DNA from: Aplysia californica | Lineage: Eukaryota | Direction: 5' to 3' | Assembly: GCF_000002075.1 (NCBI RefSeq) | Contig: NW_004797549.1 | Location: forward strand, 435,608-499,607 | DNA: 64,000 nucleotides | Shown here: positions 1 to 13,800 of the stretch, one piece after another | Layout: each line of letters opens with the position of its first letter | Position numbering within the stretch: the stretch's first letter is position 1 | Notes under the pieces: generated by a model | Told to the model about the DNA's origin: nothing | The model's database searches: none | Seen by the model: only the letters and a program-made list of their open reading frames with translations | Translations under genes and position numbers: made by a program

Positions 1-369
1 TCTGAGATAAGGTGTTCGCTCTCATTCAAAGGTCCCGGGTTCGAATGTTCTTCTCTAAAATGGTCTCCTTTCACCTTCTTTCCTGTTCTGGCGTCTGCCT
101 TTGTCTCCACTTTCTGCCCCCAACTCCTTATCTTCTTTGCCCCTCCTCCGGGCTCCTGAATCTTTCTGCAGCCTTTCTACTGCTACTCTTTCACCTTGGC
201 TCCTTCTTACTGTTGTCTTTCAGCCACATCCCTGATCTTCTGGTAGGAAAAGAGATGTACACCTAGTCTTCTCGGACAAAGGCGAAACATTTTCGGAGGT
301 CCCGTGTGCAAGTTGCGCACGTTAAAGATCTCTTGGTGTTCTAAAATCGATAAGAGTAGGCTTCGGTCG

Positions 370-2140
370 TCTTTACTTTACTTTTATCCGCCGCTTATAC
401 AAGTTTGGGTGTCGCAGGAAGAAAGAGACGTCTCTCTGTCGCCAGCCGGAGAGCTTGTGTCAGGGGGGATGCCGTGGGTGGTTAATGTTTCCCTTACTCC
501 ATCTACCCATGTCTTTCTCGGTCGCCCTCTAGCCTTGTTGCCATCGGATATTTGGATGTAGGCACGTTGTGCTGGATGTTGTGTTGGTAATCGTAGGAGA
601 TGTCCGAGTCATTTGATTCTTTGGTGTTGGATGTGATGCATGACATCATTTGTGCCCACCATTTCTCGGATTACAGAGTTTCTAATTTTGTCTCGCCTGG
701 TCTTGTTTACAGCTTTTCTAAGGCATCCCATTTCACATGTTGTAATTCTTTGCTCTAACGTCTTGTTCGTGGTCCATGTTTGGCATTGATAGGTGAGTGT
801 TGGGATGAATATGGTGTTGATCATTTTGAGTTTTGTTGTCTTGGGGATGTTAGGATGTTTCAGTAGTGGAGTAAACTGGTAACTAACGTTGTTGACCATT
901 TGTACTCATGTTTCAATTTCTCTGCTCAGTCGCCCATCCTCTGTGAATATGCTTCCAAGGTACTCAAATTCTTGGACCTGTCTGAGACTGTTGTTGTTGA
1001 TGTGTATCCTGCGTGATTCTGGCTTTCTGTTTACTTTCATTGCCTCTGTTTTGTTGATGTTGATCTTCATGTCGTAGTTGTTACATTCTTCGTTTAATCT
1101 GGCAGTGTGGCGTTGGAGACTTCGTTCATCTTTGTATGTCAGGCTTTGGTCATCAGCGAAGAGTAATTCATTTAGGGCGTCTGGTTCTGTGTTGGCCTCT
1201 CTCGTAATTCTGTCCATATATATGATAAATTGTAGTAGTGATAGGACACAACCTTGTCTTACTCCGAATGTTATCTCGAACCATTCTGTGAGTCCCTCTG
1301 ACATTCTTACTGTACTTATGCTGTTCTAGTAAAAGGCACAGATGTTATCTAGAAGTTGGTCTCTTACGGTGTAGTTTTCGAGTTCTTTCCACAACTTGTT
1401 TCTGTTCACTCTGTCGAACGCTTTCTCCTGGTCGATAAATACTATATTTAGTTCCGTGTTCAGTTCTATTACCCTTTCGCACATTTGTCGTAGGGCAAAT
1501 GTTGCGTCGGTGCATCCTCTTCCCTTTCTAAATCCCATTTGGGCCTCACTCAGAAATGGTTCAACTTTGTGTCTTGTTTCGTCATTCCAATATCTTGGCG
1601 AACATTTGCCCACATGGCTTAGCAGTGAAATGCTTCTATACATTCCACAGTTTTTCTCTCATACTGCCTTTCTTCTCCATATTGGTACTATGACCGCTTT
1701 TTGCCAGTCTTCGGGAACTTTTCTTTCTGTACATGCTTTCTGGCAGATTTTTGTTAGCCAAATTATTCCAGTTTCATCACATGCTAGGATGGTCTCCGTG
1801 GTGAGATCATCTATTCCTGCGCTTCTGTTTTTTTGGGGCTGGTTTTAACAGCCTGTCTGACCTCTGATGGTAGGATTGTTGGTTCTTCTTTCTCTGGGTG
1901 ATTTGGTTGGAATTCTTTGTTTGTTTGCTTTTGGGTAGTGTTCTAGAGTTCTGAGAAATATTCCTTCCATCTAGATTTAATTTTGGAGCTGTCGATAAGG
2001 GGTTTCCTGTTTTGTCATTAATTATAGCTGTTGGGTCGTACGGTTCTTCTCTGAGCCTAATTGATTTTACACTTTTGTAAAAGTCAAGTCGTGATGTATG
2101 GCACAGTTCGCTTAGGTGTTCTTTTAGGAGTTCTTCGGCC
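370..2140 (-). mobile_element. Degenerate RTE-clade LINE (reverse transcriptase, frameshifted)
   Basis: Minus ORF pieces YRSISLLSHVGK, QMGFRKGRGCTD, FIDQEKAFDRV, GVRQGCVLS, LLFADDQ, FEYLGS, TRRDKIRNSVIRE; short (AAAGT)n-like tail near 372-385. Confidence 0.88.
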
Positions 2141-2289
2141 GTCACCCGGGTAAAATTCAAAATTTCCTACCAACTGAAAAATGTTTAATATGTCTCGAGC
2201 GCTCATATGACCTCATGCAGCAGCGAGCGCCGTAAAACACGTACCAAAATATATACAATGCCATCATAGTATCGAACCTGCGCTTCAAA

Positions 2290-3200
2290 AAGCAACGTCT
2301 GATTTACTGGATTCCGTTGATGGCAAAAACATCTGTCCTTTAACTCTGTTGGATCTGTCTGCAGCTTTTGACACAATTGACCATTCTATTTTACTCACAA
2401 GCCTTAAGCGCTCATTTGGCTTATCAGTTTCAGTGCTTTCATGGTTTAAGTCATATTGACTAAAAAGAGTTCAATCAGTGCAAATTAAAAGTAGCTTTTC
2501 AAAAGAGGTCAGGCTCGATTATGGAGTCCCTCAGGGGTCCGTTCTTGGACCAGTGCTCTTTACGCTATATACACGGCCCTTAGCAAACATTTTTCAAAGT
2601 CACGGATTGAATTATCATTTTTATGCGGATGATTCCCAAATGTGTGTTAATGGCACCATTCAAGATTTGCCAAAGATGATTTCTATCACTAAACAATGTT
2701 TTTAAGAAATTAAAAAGTGGATGACAGTAAACAATTTGAAACTATATAAACAAAGAAAAGACAGACATCATTCTTATAAATAATCCACGATTGAATAAAG
2801 ATCTGGAAAGTGTCAACTTTGATTTATATGGGCATATATATGACATCTAGAAAAGAAGTTGTCAAGAACCTCGGTGTACATATTGACCACCAATTATCAA
2901 TGGGTTCGTTTGTAGGACCTCTGTCCAAATCCCTTCATTTTCAGCTGAGAAGGATAGGCCCAGTTCGAAAGTACTTAAACGAAGAGACCACAAAAACATT
3001 GGTAACATCTCTTATCCTATCTAGATTAGACTATTGTAACTCACTCCTAACAGGTCTGAACAACAAATATTTTAATCGTTTACAAGTCATTCAAAACAAT
3101 GCTGCTAGACTGATGACAAGGTCTAAAAAACGAGACCATGTCACTCCACTATTAAAAGAGCAGCATTGGCTCCCTGTAAAAGAAAGAATAATATTTAAAA
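2290..3200 (+). mobile_element. Degenerate L2/CR1-group LINE RT fragment
   Basis: LLDLSAAFDTIDH, GVPQGSVLGPVLF, HFYADDSQ, SRLDYCNSLL, QNNAARL, HVTPLL..HWLPV, with stops and frameshifts; cut by the N gap. Confidence 0.9.
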
Positions 3201-4574
3201 NNNNNNNNNNNNNNNNNNNNNNNNNNNNNNNNNNNNNNNNNNNNNNNNNNNNNNNNNNNNNNNNNNNNNNNNNNNNNNNNNNNNNNNNNNNNNNNNNNNN
3301 NNNNNNNNNNNNNNNNNNNNNNNNNNNNNNNNNNNNNNNNNNNNNNNNNNNNNNNNNNNNNNNNNNNNNNNNNNNNNNNNNNNNNNNNNNNNNNNNNNNN
3401 NNNNNNNNNNNNNNNNNNNNNNNNNNNNNNNNNNNNNNNNNNNNNNNNNNNNNNNNNNNNNNNNNNNNNNNNNNNNNNNNNNNNNNNNNNNNNNNNNNNN
3501 NNNNNNNNNNNNNNNNNNNNNNNNNNNNNNNNNNNNNNNNNNNNNNNNNNNNNNNNNNNNNNNNNNNNNNNNNNNNNNNNNNNNNNNNNNNNNNNNNNNN
3601 NNNNNNNNNNNNNNNNNNNNNNNNNNNNNNNNNNNNNNNNNNNNNNNNNNNNNNNNNNNNNNNNNNNNNNNNNNNNNNNNNNNNNNNNNNNNNNNNNNNN
3701 NNNNNNNNNNNNNNNNNNNNNNNNNNNNNNNNNNNNNNNNNNNNNNNNNNNNNNNNNNNNNNNNNNNNNNNNNNNNNNNNNNNNNNNNNNNNNNNNNNNN
3801 NNNNNNNNNNNNNNNNNNNNNNNNNNNNNNNNNNNNNNNNNNNNNNNNNNNNNNNNNNNNNNNNNNNNNNNNNNNNNNNNNNNNNNNNNNNNNNNNNNNN
3901 NNNNNNNNNNNNNNNNNNNNNNNNNNNNNNNNNNNNNNNNNNNNNNNNNNNNNNNNNNNNNNNNNNNNNNNNNNNNNNNNNNNNNNNNNNNNNNNNNNNN
4001 NNNNNNNNNNNNNNNNNNNNNNNNNNNNNNNNNNNNNNNNNNNNNNNNNNNNNNNNNNNNNNNNNNNNNNNNNNNNNNNNNNNNNNNNNNNNNNNNNNNN
4101 NNNNNNNNNNNNNNNNNNNNNNNNNNNNNNNNNNNNNNNNNNNNNNNNNNNNNNNNNNNNNNNNNNNNNNNNNNNNNNNNNNNNNNTCTCTCTCTCTCTC
4201 TCTCTTTCTTTTTACATTTTCTTTTTACATTTTCTCTCTCCATTTTACTTCCCCAGGCCCGCACCACCACCTTCACTGACTTCACTCCTCTTTTTTTTGC
4301 ACTTAATATAATTAATTATTCCCTCCCATACCGAGTCCACTGCCCAGCCCTATACTAGGCTAGGCCTATATAATAATATATCCTTTGTAAATAAAAGACC
4401 GCAGTTCGCACTGGATGACCATGGTTGGCAAAATTTTGTATGTTCCACAGGGTGTGCTGCGCACTGTGCCACCAAAAGAAAAGAGAAAGGAGGGTCCATT
4501 AATTTGTTGTAAGGTCCTTGGCTGCCCTTCATTACCCTCTAATAATAATACTAGTAACATTTAAAAAAAGATAA

Positions 4575-4612
4575 AGCCGATTTCCTGTTTCTCCGGATAT
4601 CTTCCGTTACCG
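4575..4612 (+). promoter_or_regulatory. Probable ATP6V1H core promoter with ETS-like motifs
   Basis: TTCCTG, CCGGA and CTTCCG clustered about 160-190 nt upstream of the ATG; typical housekeeping promoter; TSS not directly observable. Confidence 0.4.
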
Positions 4613-4768
4613 AATCATATGACTAAGGGGACATCACTCTTGGAATATTATCATCAACAACTGGAAGAACAGTGAACAGCAGAGTTTAATACTAATTTGT
4701 TGCAGAACGCCTGCTCTTTGGTATCCCTTTTTTACTTTCAAAAGTTACAAAATTAACCTCTGTTGAAA

Positions 4769-4826
4769 ATGGCTTCAGGCGAGGCCGCCAGTCATGTCAT
4801 CGAAGACCTTGAAAGGTTCAATAAAG
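4769..4826 (+). CDS. ATP6V1H: ATP6V1H coding exon 1 ([19 protein letters not shown])
   Basis: AAAATGG start context, AAG|GTAAGT donor, phase 1 matches next exon. Confidence 0.8.
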
Positions 4827-7800
4827 GTAAGTGTTGTCAAGTTGAGATAGATCTAGTTTGACACCATCAATCAATTCTAATTCAGCAAGCTCTACCCGGC
4901 TGCCCCCTGTCTCGTGATACTTGATTGTATACCCTTGACTTTGCATTTGAATTACATCAACAGACTATCTACATACACGGAAACCAGACACGTAGTCTCA
5001 GTGTCTACGTACACTGTAGTAACTTCTGAGTGCTTTTATTAGTTTTTGGGGCCCCTTGAGCAGGTGCACGGACATGGTAAATGCTTCGCTCCCTTCATGA
5101 CCTTGACTTCTTTCATTTTCCCCGTTTTCCTGTTGTATTTATTTGTATCTGGGTTCACGTAAAACTTTGAACCCAAATAATGGTACACACCCGTCTTGTT
5201 TCCTCATAGACAACTGTGAACCCAAAAAATGCAACACACTTCACTCAGGCACCCCCCGAAAAGAAAGTGGCTATTCTCACCCGCCCGGAAGTTCTCGCAA
5301 GATCAACTCCTCCCCTCTTCTCTCTCTCTGTCTCTTTCTGGATACTGTCTATCGGTGTGGACGATCAAATTGACCAAAACAAAGTTTAAAAATGATGTTA
5401 AAACCCAAAAGTAAATTAATTTGGTTGTCTACAAAGATGCTACGGCTATTTAACTTTTCGAATCGAGCCGAACTACGCGGGTCGCCATTTTGTTTTGCCC
5501 GGAAATTCTCACGCTACTTCTCTCTCTCTTTCTCTTTCTCTCTCTCCACTGCCCACAGACAAAATTGTACGCTTTTAGTTTAGTAGGCTACAGTTGTAAT
5601 GGAACGTTTGTTCACGGCACAGAATTCTACAATTTTTCTGTTATCACAGTGTAGAATTCTGTGGTTTAGGGTGAACGCAAAATTTGGTGAACGCGCACCG
5701 GGTGAGAATAGCCACAAGACTCGCCTGCACTCTTCTCACTCCGGGTGAGAATAGAGGTGGCCCCCCGAAAAAGGAAGTGGCTATTCTCACCCGGGGTGAG
5801 AATAGAAATACGATCTACCTCTCATCCCGGGTGAGACTTGCCAGCGTAGGCTATTCTCACCCGGTGTGAAACAAGACCTGTTTTTCTTCATTTTGGAATA
5901 CTGTCTATCGGTGTGGACGATCAAATTGATAAAAGCCAAGAAAAAATTACATAGCACAAAAGTGTATGCTAATTTGATCGTCTTCAAAGATGCTATGGCT
6001 ATTTCACTTTTCGAATCGAGCCGAACTACGCGGGTCACCATTTTGTTTTGCCCAGAAGTTCTCGCAAGATCTACTCCTCCCCTCTCTCTCTCTCTGTCTC
6101 TTTCTGAATACTGTCTATCGGTTTGACCAAAACAAAGTTAAAAAATCATTTTGAACAAGAAAACTAAATTAATTTGGTTGTCTACAAAGATGCTACGGCT
6201 ATTTAACTTTCCGAATCGAGCCGAACTACGCGGGTCGCCATTTTGTTTTGCCCGGAAGTTCTCGCGCTACTCCTCTCTCTCTCTCTCTTTCTCTCTCTGG
6301 ATTGCCCACAGACAAAATTGCACGCTTTTTAGGCTAACACCTCTTTCCCCAGCTGGTGTTGGGAAGAGGCCATGGCTGTCGATTTTGTGCGATGAAATTT
6401 AACATGTGGAAAGACAAATGGTGGTGGGGCATATTGTGGTAGGGTGGCCAGTTCCTTTCCATGCCGCCTTTACTTCCCCAACTGGAAGACAGGTACCCAT
6501 TACTTCTGGGTGAGCGGGAGGGGGCGAAAAAAATCCTTGTCCGGACCGAGGCTCAAACCCGGACTTTCCGCTTCGGAGACGAGCGCTCTAACTGCTCCAC
6601 CACCGCTCCCTCCATATTTAGATTAATTTTATTTAATTGCCTTTTTCTTATTATTTATTTATTGGAATCTTGTTGTGGCAATTATAATAATAATAATATT
6701 TGATTAGATCTTAAAGTGCTGTGAAATTGAAATTGAACTTTAACTGTGTTTTCCAGTCTGCTGATACATTTACTGGAATCAGAGGTATTTTATTTACAAC
6801 AGCTATTTTATTTCATTTATAAATTTTACAGGTGGTCAGATTCCCACCTCCAAGCTACAGGAACATGCAGAAGTTGTTCGAAAAAACAATGTCAACTGGA
6901 AGTCATACTTGCAGTAAGTGGAATGTTTCTGTTTCTGTCTTCAATTCTAATTGTGTACGTTTTTATTTTTTAAATTTAAAAAAAAAAAAGTTACTGTCAT
7001 CTTTATTGGGAAAGGAAAAGAGGTTTGGGGGAGTGGTTAAGCTATGTTATACATATATGTATGTGAAATGAGCCCTTTTTTTTCTTTTCTTCTCCCATCA
7101 TCATGCCCCATGTATTCATTTTTTTTTTGGTATTCCCAACCAAAACATTTTTGTTTTTATCTTTGCATGTTTCCAGGGGTCAGATGATATCGGAGGAGGT
7201 GTACAAATTCATTTCTGCCTTTGACAAAGCTTCAGCAGAGGCAAGAGAGACAATGCTGAAGGAAAACCCAAACCAGGTACAGTTCTGACAGCAAGTGCTT
7301 GCAGCATTTTCTTCTTTTATAGCATTTGGACCTAAATTTTGTTTGTCTCTTTGGTTTGATGAGGGAAGGGAGGCGGAGGGATGCAGTGTTGCTGATAATG
7401 ACTATCTTAAGTTCACTGGGTATGTTGTGCTTTCAGGATAGTTAGCTGATTAGTATTAAGACATTGTAATATTTCTTGTGCTTTGTCTTTTTCCATCTTT
7501 GTCGTGGTCCTTTTTTTTTTTTTTTTTTTTTGCTTTCCCTGTCTGGACAGTACAATTATAAAAAGATAAAGCGTTGAATCATCAAGAAAAGTTGTGAAAA
7601 GTTGTATGTTATCTTTTATAGAGATCAAAATACAGTATTGGTATGGATCTAAATTTCTTTTTACTTTATTTTCTATGTGTCTCTGAAGTTTGTGGTGGTG
7701 TTCCGCATGCTGATGGAGGGCATCTCTCGGGATCAGACTCTGCAGTATGTCCTTACCCTTCTCGATGATGTTTTACAGGTAGGTTTTGGCTCACTTGGGA

Positions 7801-10800
7801 TAAAAAGGCCTTATTAAGGGTGTTTAATAAATTATAACAAAACATGTAACAATGATAATTTACATTTATACAGTCAAACCTGTGTAAAATGGCCACCAGC
7901 TGTCATGGAAGAGTTATGTTATGCAAGAGTAAAATTAACGAAGTATTGTAAAGTAAGACGATGAAGACAGAGTGCCGTAGTAAAACAAACACACGAGTCG
8001 CCACCACTTGGAGAAAGAACGATGCGTTTGTCACAAGTTCACATCAACTTCCATTGTAACTTTGTTACGCATTTGGTAAACAAAACTGGACAAGTCACCT
8101 CACACATGATTTGTGCATGAGTTGTGGGCGGGGCTTACAGGTCATGGCGGATCACGCTTCTCTTACCAGCAGTTGAAAATTTATTTGTTAGGCCTTCCCT
8201 TTGGTCAGCTTCAGTAAACATTCGTTGGAGATACTAAAGATAACGGCAGGTAAATGAATTATGACGACCCCTCTGCAGCATGAGGGGCCAATTCAAAATT
8301 TATGACAAAGCGTCGGGCGATGAGTGACCACACCTGACCGCCTAAGGCAGGTAAATTTTACCGTGGGTTGATAAAATAAGATGGCCGTGGCCCTGTTTGA
8401 TAGGTGACCGTTTTACACAGTTTACTTATTGAAGTGGTTATTGTCACCCCGGGTGAGAATAACCTATGTCTCGCTATTCTCACCCCCTCCCTTGTTTTTC
8501 CGGAAATGACCTAAGAGGGATCAGGACTGAGGTTATCGGGGCTAATGCTCCACATCCACAGGTCGTGTTGGTGTCCGAATAGACATAGATCTAGATCTAA
8601 TCACCGTCAGGGTTGTGAAATTGGAGCCAAATCCCAGAAATTTGGTTCTTTTGGATCACGTCTAGCCGGGAGAATTTCATTTGGCTCTCTGGTTCTTTTT
8701 TGGCTCTGCACTCCAAATGTTCAAAAAGAAGAGGACAGAAGAGGCAAGAAAAAAGAAAAGAAAAAGAAAGAAGAAAAGAAGAAGAAAAAAATGAAAGTGA
8801 AGAAAAGAGCTTCTATTGCTTAAAATTATTAAACTAGTTAACACAATTTAACGCCCTCGCCCATTTGGTCTGAATAATTTACAACCCTTCAGCCGTCATG
8901 CAAGAGCATGGTCTCGTGCTCGTGTCTTGTTACTTTCATACACGCTCCCTGTTCCTTGAACCATAATGTATTGTGTGCAGAGAGGCTAGCCATCGTTTAA
9001 GTGTGTAAACAACGAATGGTGCGGCCGGTCCCACATCCCTCTCAGTGTTGGTTGTGAGCCTTTTTTTTTAACTGGAGAGGAGAAAAATGTTTTTACGTTA
9101 TTATTATTCGTTCCTGATCACATACGGTAAGTCATCAAAGGCCAAGGTGATTTTATTGGCCTGCGAGAGGTTGGGGGGGGGGAGGGAGTCCTCGCCTCAT
9201 GCCCACTCCGGGGTCCGGGGAGCAATTCTCAACTGGGGGAGGGGGGGGGGGTAAGAATAGAGAGACATGGGGTGAGAATAAAGGTGGCCTTAACTTAAAT
9301 AGGAAAAACGCAAACGGGGGGGGGGGGGGGGGGGGGGGTGGAAAGTGGCCATTTGTACATATGGCCGTATTATACAGGTAGCTGCCATGGCAGGTTCGCC
9401 TGGATAGTGCATATCCATGCTCTGTGCTATTTTCAACAATTATTGCCCCAACGGATCCTAGAAGACTGAGAAATGTTCCAAGCTTCCTGGGAAGCATATA
9501 GTTTAAGTAGCTAATCAAGTGCTTGAACACTAACAAACTAACAAGATCTTTCACTGTCTATAGCCAGGTACCAATTCCCACCAGGGGAAACTGAGGAAAA
9601 TTCATGTAAAGTGCCTTATTATAGAGGGATGGGGTTCAAACTCATAACCTTTCGGTTGTGAACCCTGCAGTGTAACTACAAACCACCCATAGCACAAAAG
9701 GGACATTGCATTTACTCCAAAAAATATTTATAGGTAAGAGCCTAGTTTCTTTACCCTTCCTCTTAAATGATCTAAATTGTGTTGATGGACACCCATGGGT
9801 TGAACTGTGCACACATTGCTAACTCAATGATGGCAACATCTCAGCTCCAAGATTGAGAAGAAGAAAAATACTAATGACTTTCTTTGTAATCTCCAGGAGG
9901 ACAAGTCTAGGGTTGAAATTTTCAAAGAGTTTGCTCGTAAGAAGAAAGAGTCAGTATGGCAGCCATTTTTCCATCTACTCGACAGAGATGACAAGTTTAT
10001 TGTGTACCAGGTAAGCGTGCATTAGATACCGTTTCATTGACCTTTTCAGTTAAAATCTTTTAGTTTTAAAGTTCTCAGAACTCAGAATGCTTTTGTTGGA
10101 TGCTGATCGTCTGTCTTATTTTATTTTACTTGAAGGCTTTCTTAATAAACTGTAATGAAATCAAGAAAAGCCTGAAATATTTAGGCTATGTATAGAGACA
10201 CAGAAGTCTTTAAAAAAACTCAATTAGAATCAGTCACAAATGGAAAGAGGAAGAGAGGTAGACACTAGACAGATGACATCAATGTCTAGACAGGAATGGC
10301 TCTAGAGGACCTGGCAGAGTTGCTAATGTAAGATGGTTTGTTATGCAACGACGAACGAAGACCTAACGAGATGTTGATGATATAAACCATTTTAAGGGAT
10401 GCAAAACTAAAACAATACTTCTCTGCTTACTCTTCTGTGTTCTGAGTGTATTTATGATCTGCATCTCAATGTTTGTCAGTTGAGTAAGGAACTTACCGTA
10501 CTTGTCCTTTGTATTTTTTTCCTTATTTTATTGCATTTCCTTTATATTTGATTCACTTTTGGGTGAATTGGTTAAAGCTTGGTATTATTCTGCTCCTGTG
10601 TTTAGGCCAGTCGTATCATCGCCAAGATTGCATGTTGGTCCAAGGACCAGATGGAACGCAAGAATCTGCAGAGTTACCTGGTGTGGCTGAAGGATCAGAT
10701 CAAGGTCCCTGTAAGTATTTCTCAGCATGGAAATGTCACAGGAGAAGCTAGAAATATCTTACGTTTTTTTAGTGAAATTGTGAATGCTTTTTTAATAATT

Positions 10801-13800
10801 TTGTTGTTGTTGTGAAGTCTTTCTTTGAGTAAACTGTTTATTCTTATTTAATGACATTTAATGAAAACTGAAGGTGAGCCATAAGATATGTACTCCCAAA
10901 AGTCCCTTAAAAATCTTTGCAATAAAACAAAAATTAACTCTCTGCTGGTATCGGCCTGTTCTTTTCATACCTTTCAATTTTCTTTTCAGTTCTTTGTTGA
11001 CTTTCTAGGTGAAATTTCTAGTTCAAAATGTACTGACACAAAACGAGATTTAAAAAATGTAACATGTTTGAAATACTTTTTCCCCAAAACAAGTGGTACC
11101 TGTTTATGATATAACATTTTTTAAATATGAAACATATTTTTGTTGTTGTATTTTCCTAGAACAACGAGTACCTTCTGTCGGCTGGCCGCTGTCTACAGAT
11201 GATGTTGAGGATTGACTACTATAGGCTTGTGTTTGTTGAGGTCGATGGAATTTCCGCGTAAGTTTATGTTTTTCTTTTGCATCTATGGTGAACTTGGGGT
11301 GCAGTTCAGTTGGGGAGGGAGGGTCCATCTAGTGGGATGATTATGAACAATAGTTTGGATTTCTCGTATTAGATAGATACATTTTAGCAGGGATTTCTCT
11401 CTCTTCTGTCAGTCTTCAACATTTTCAGTATAAGTGATAGTGGTATTTTCTTTCTTTCCTGTCATTCCTCAGTATCATCGGTGTAAATTAAAGTTACCTT
11501 TTCATTCTTCTCTGTTGCTCTCCAATCGTAGTGTTAATTGAATTGTATTTTCTTTCCTTGCTATTTGTCACTAAAGTCACAAATGTAAATAAAAGTTTAT
11601 TTGTGGATGCTGCTTTGCAAGTGCTTTGGTGTAGTTTATCCTCCGTTCCTATGAAACATCTATCATCTTATCCCTCCTTTTTTTTTGTGTTTGTTACTCT
11701 CTTGTAACACCTCTAATCTTCGGCACTTATATGGCCTTTTTGTGTTGCAAGTGCCGTAAAACTCTTACTAAAACTAAAAAGTTCATTTTCTCCTTTTCTG
11801 TTGTCCCCCCAGTATTATCAGTGTCCTGGCAGGAGGCTGCAGCTTCCAGGTCCAGTACCAACTGGTCTTCTGTCTCTGGTGTATCTCCATGAACTCTGAC
11901 CTGGCTAACAGGATGAACAAGTGAGTACGACACTCTGGTCTCTGGACTCGTGAATGATGGGTGCTCTGGTGAAGTCTCTGTCGTCGCATTGTTTTTGCTC
12001 TTCTTGTTTTTCTTACTCTCCTCCTTCCCTTTCTTCTTCGTATTCTTCCTCTGTGTTGCCATAACCCAGACCAGTTCCTTCTGTGCTGAGGTGTTGTGAA
12101 CTACAACCTCTGATAATGGTAAGAAACACTTTGACATTTTCACAGAAACTTTTTTTCTCCAGGGATAGTCTTGTGTAAGTTGATGTACAGCAAAGTGGGA
12201 AGACATGTTATCACATCAAAAGGCTAGCCCAGGATAGGAAAAGGTGGAAAGTGTTTGTTCGTGGCCTATACCCTGAACCAGGATGAGAAAGGCAATGATG
12301 GTGATAATTCAGTGTGTGTATGAGTATGGCCGCTTGTACTGAGTGAGGAGATCATTTAGACTGCTCCCTGTAAGACTCTGTCATTCATCAATTTTCAAAA
12401 TGGCGTATAGTGGAAATTTACAGTAATGCAGTCGACCTTTGTTCAAATCCTTTCAGGGTATACACTTATTATATGACATTCAAAGAGTATTTGGCTGTGA
12501 TGATAACAATTTTCATCACTGCGCCAACAAGAAATTGAAACCCTCAACCTTTGACCTTTATGTCGTGAAGTGTGACAATATACTGACAACCATGTTGTAT
12601 TCATCAGGGGCAACATCATCCCGACCCTGGCAGATGTACTCAGCGATGCCATCAAGGAGAAAGTGACCCGTATTGTCCTGGCCACATTCCGGGTATGTGT
12701 AAAGTGAACTGGTATGTCATTGACGCTTGTACAATAGAGATGCCAACCCTCATGATTTTGGCATGAAAATCACGAAAACATGGCCAGTCTCACGCCTCAA
12801 CGATTTTTTTGGTGTAATCTCACTAAATTTTTTGGGTCAGATCGAGTAGAATCGTATTTGGGGTAAAAATCACTAGGACACAGGTCGTAATGGTCACAAA
12901 GACTCATCATTGCCCAACGCTTTCTTTTCGACTGAAGTTTTGATCTGCCATTTTGGCCTAATGTGCCATCGTCGATCATGTATTTGGCTTTCCTCTTTTT
13001 CCGCTTGCTGAAGCATTTTGGCATCGTTACTATAGACCGCAAACATCATTTGGCCAACAAAGCTTACATGACAGCTGGCAGTCCAGTTCGTTCCTTTTTC
13101 TCCCTTTGGTTGGTTGGGTTTTATTTTGCCATGTGCTCGCTCGCGAATCTTACTTGTTGATTGGGCTGTGGATTTATTTTTTTGAGGAGGGTTTTGTGTC
13201 TCGAAATGTCTTGTAGGTTCAGGTCTATTGTGATAACAGTTAAAACGTGTGCGTATGTGAATATTATTTGTACATGCATTTATGTAAACCGCCTAGAGCT
13301 GTGTTCACATGGGAGTGGGCACTATAGAAATGATCTACATTATTATCATTGTTATTATTATTATTATTATCATTGCTGTCTAGTAATCCTGTTCTTATCA
13401 CTAAATGACCATTATTGTAGCATCACAATGCTTTTATCAGTTATGCCTACTTTCTAAAAACAACAACTCTACAACTCTCTATTCTCTTGTTCCAGAATCT
13501 TCTGGAGAAAGTGACTGAAGAGCTTGTGAAACAGGAACATGCTGTCGCCATGGTGCAGTGCAAGGTAAGGGAAGAGAGGGGGGATATTTCTACTTGTTTG
13601 CTGGTAGTTGCAGGGCTCTGCTACCAATTCCTACTTCTTTTCTTTCCCTTTGTTGTTTTTGTTTATCTTTTTTCCCCTCACTAAACAGCCATAATTATGT
13701 CAGTGTGCTTCTCTATTCCCAAACTTTGGACAATCTACAAAGTGAGAGTGGGTGGTTGGCAGGTTCTCTGGTGTGGATTTCTCCTTCTTTCCTATCAAAC

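Noticed and set aside
2810-4285. Long ORFs of 489 and 377 aa, and similar ones at 20.0-20.8, 29.9-31.0 and 63.2-63.6 kb
   Set aside because: They run through N gaps; the real parts are LINE fragments or single exons.
10711-11159. Equivalent of the vertebrate 18-aa alternative exon of ATP6V1H
   Set aside because: No open, frame-preserving exon with credible splice sites found in this intron.
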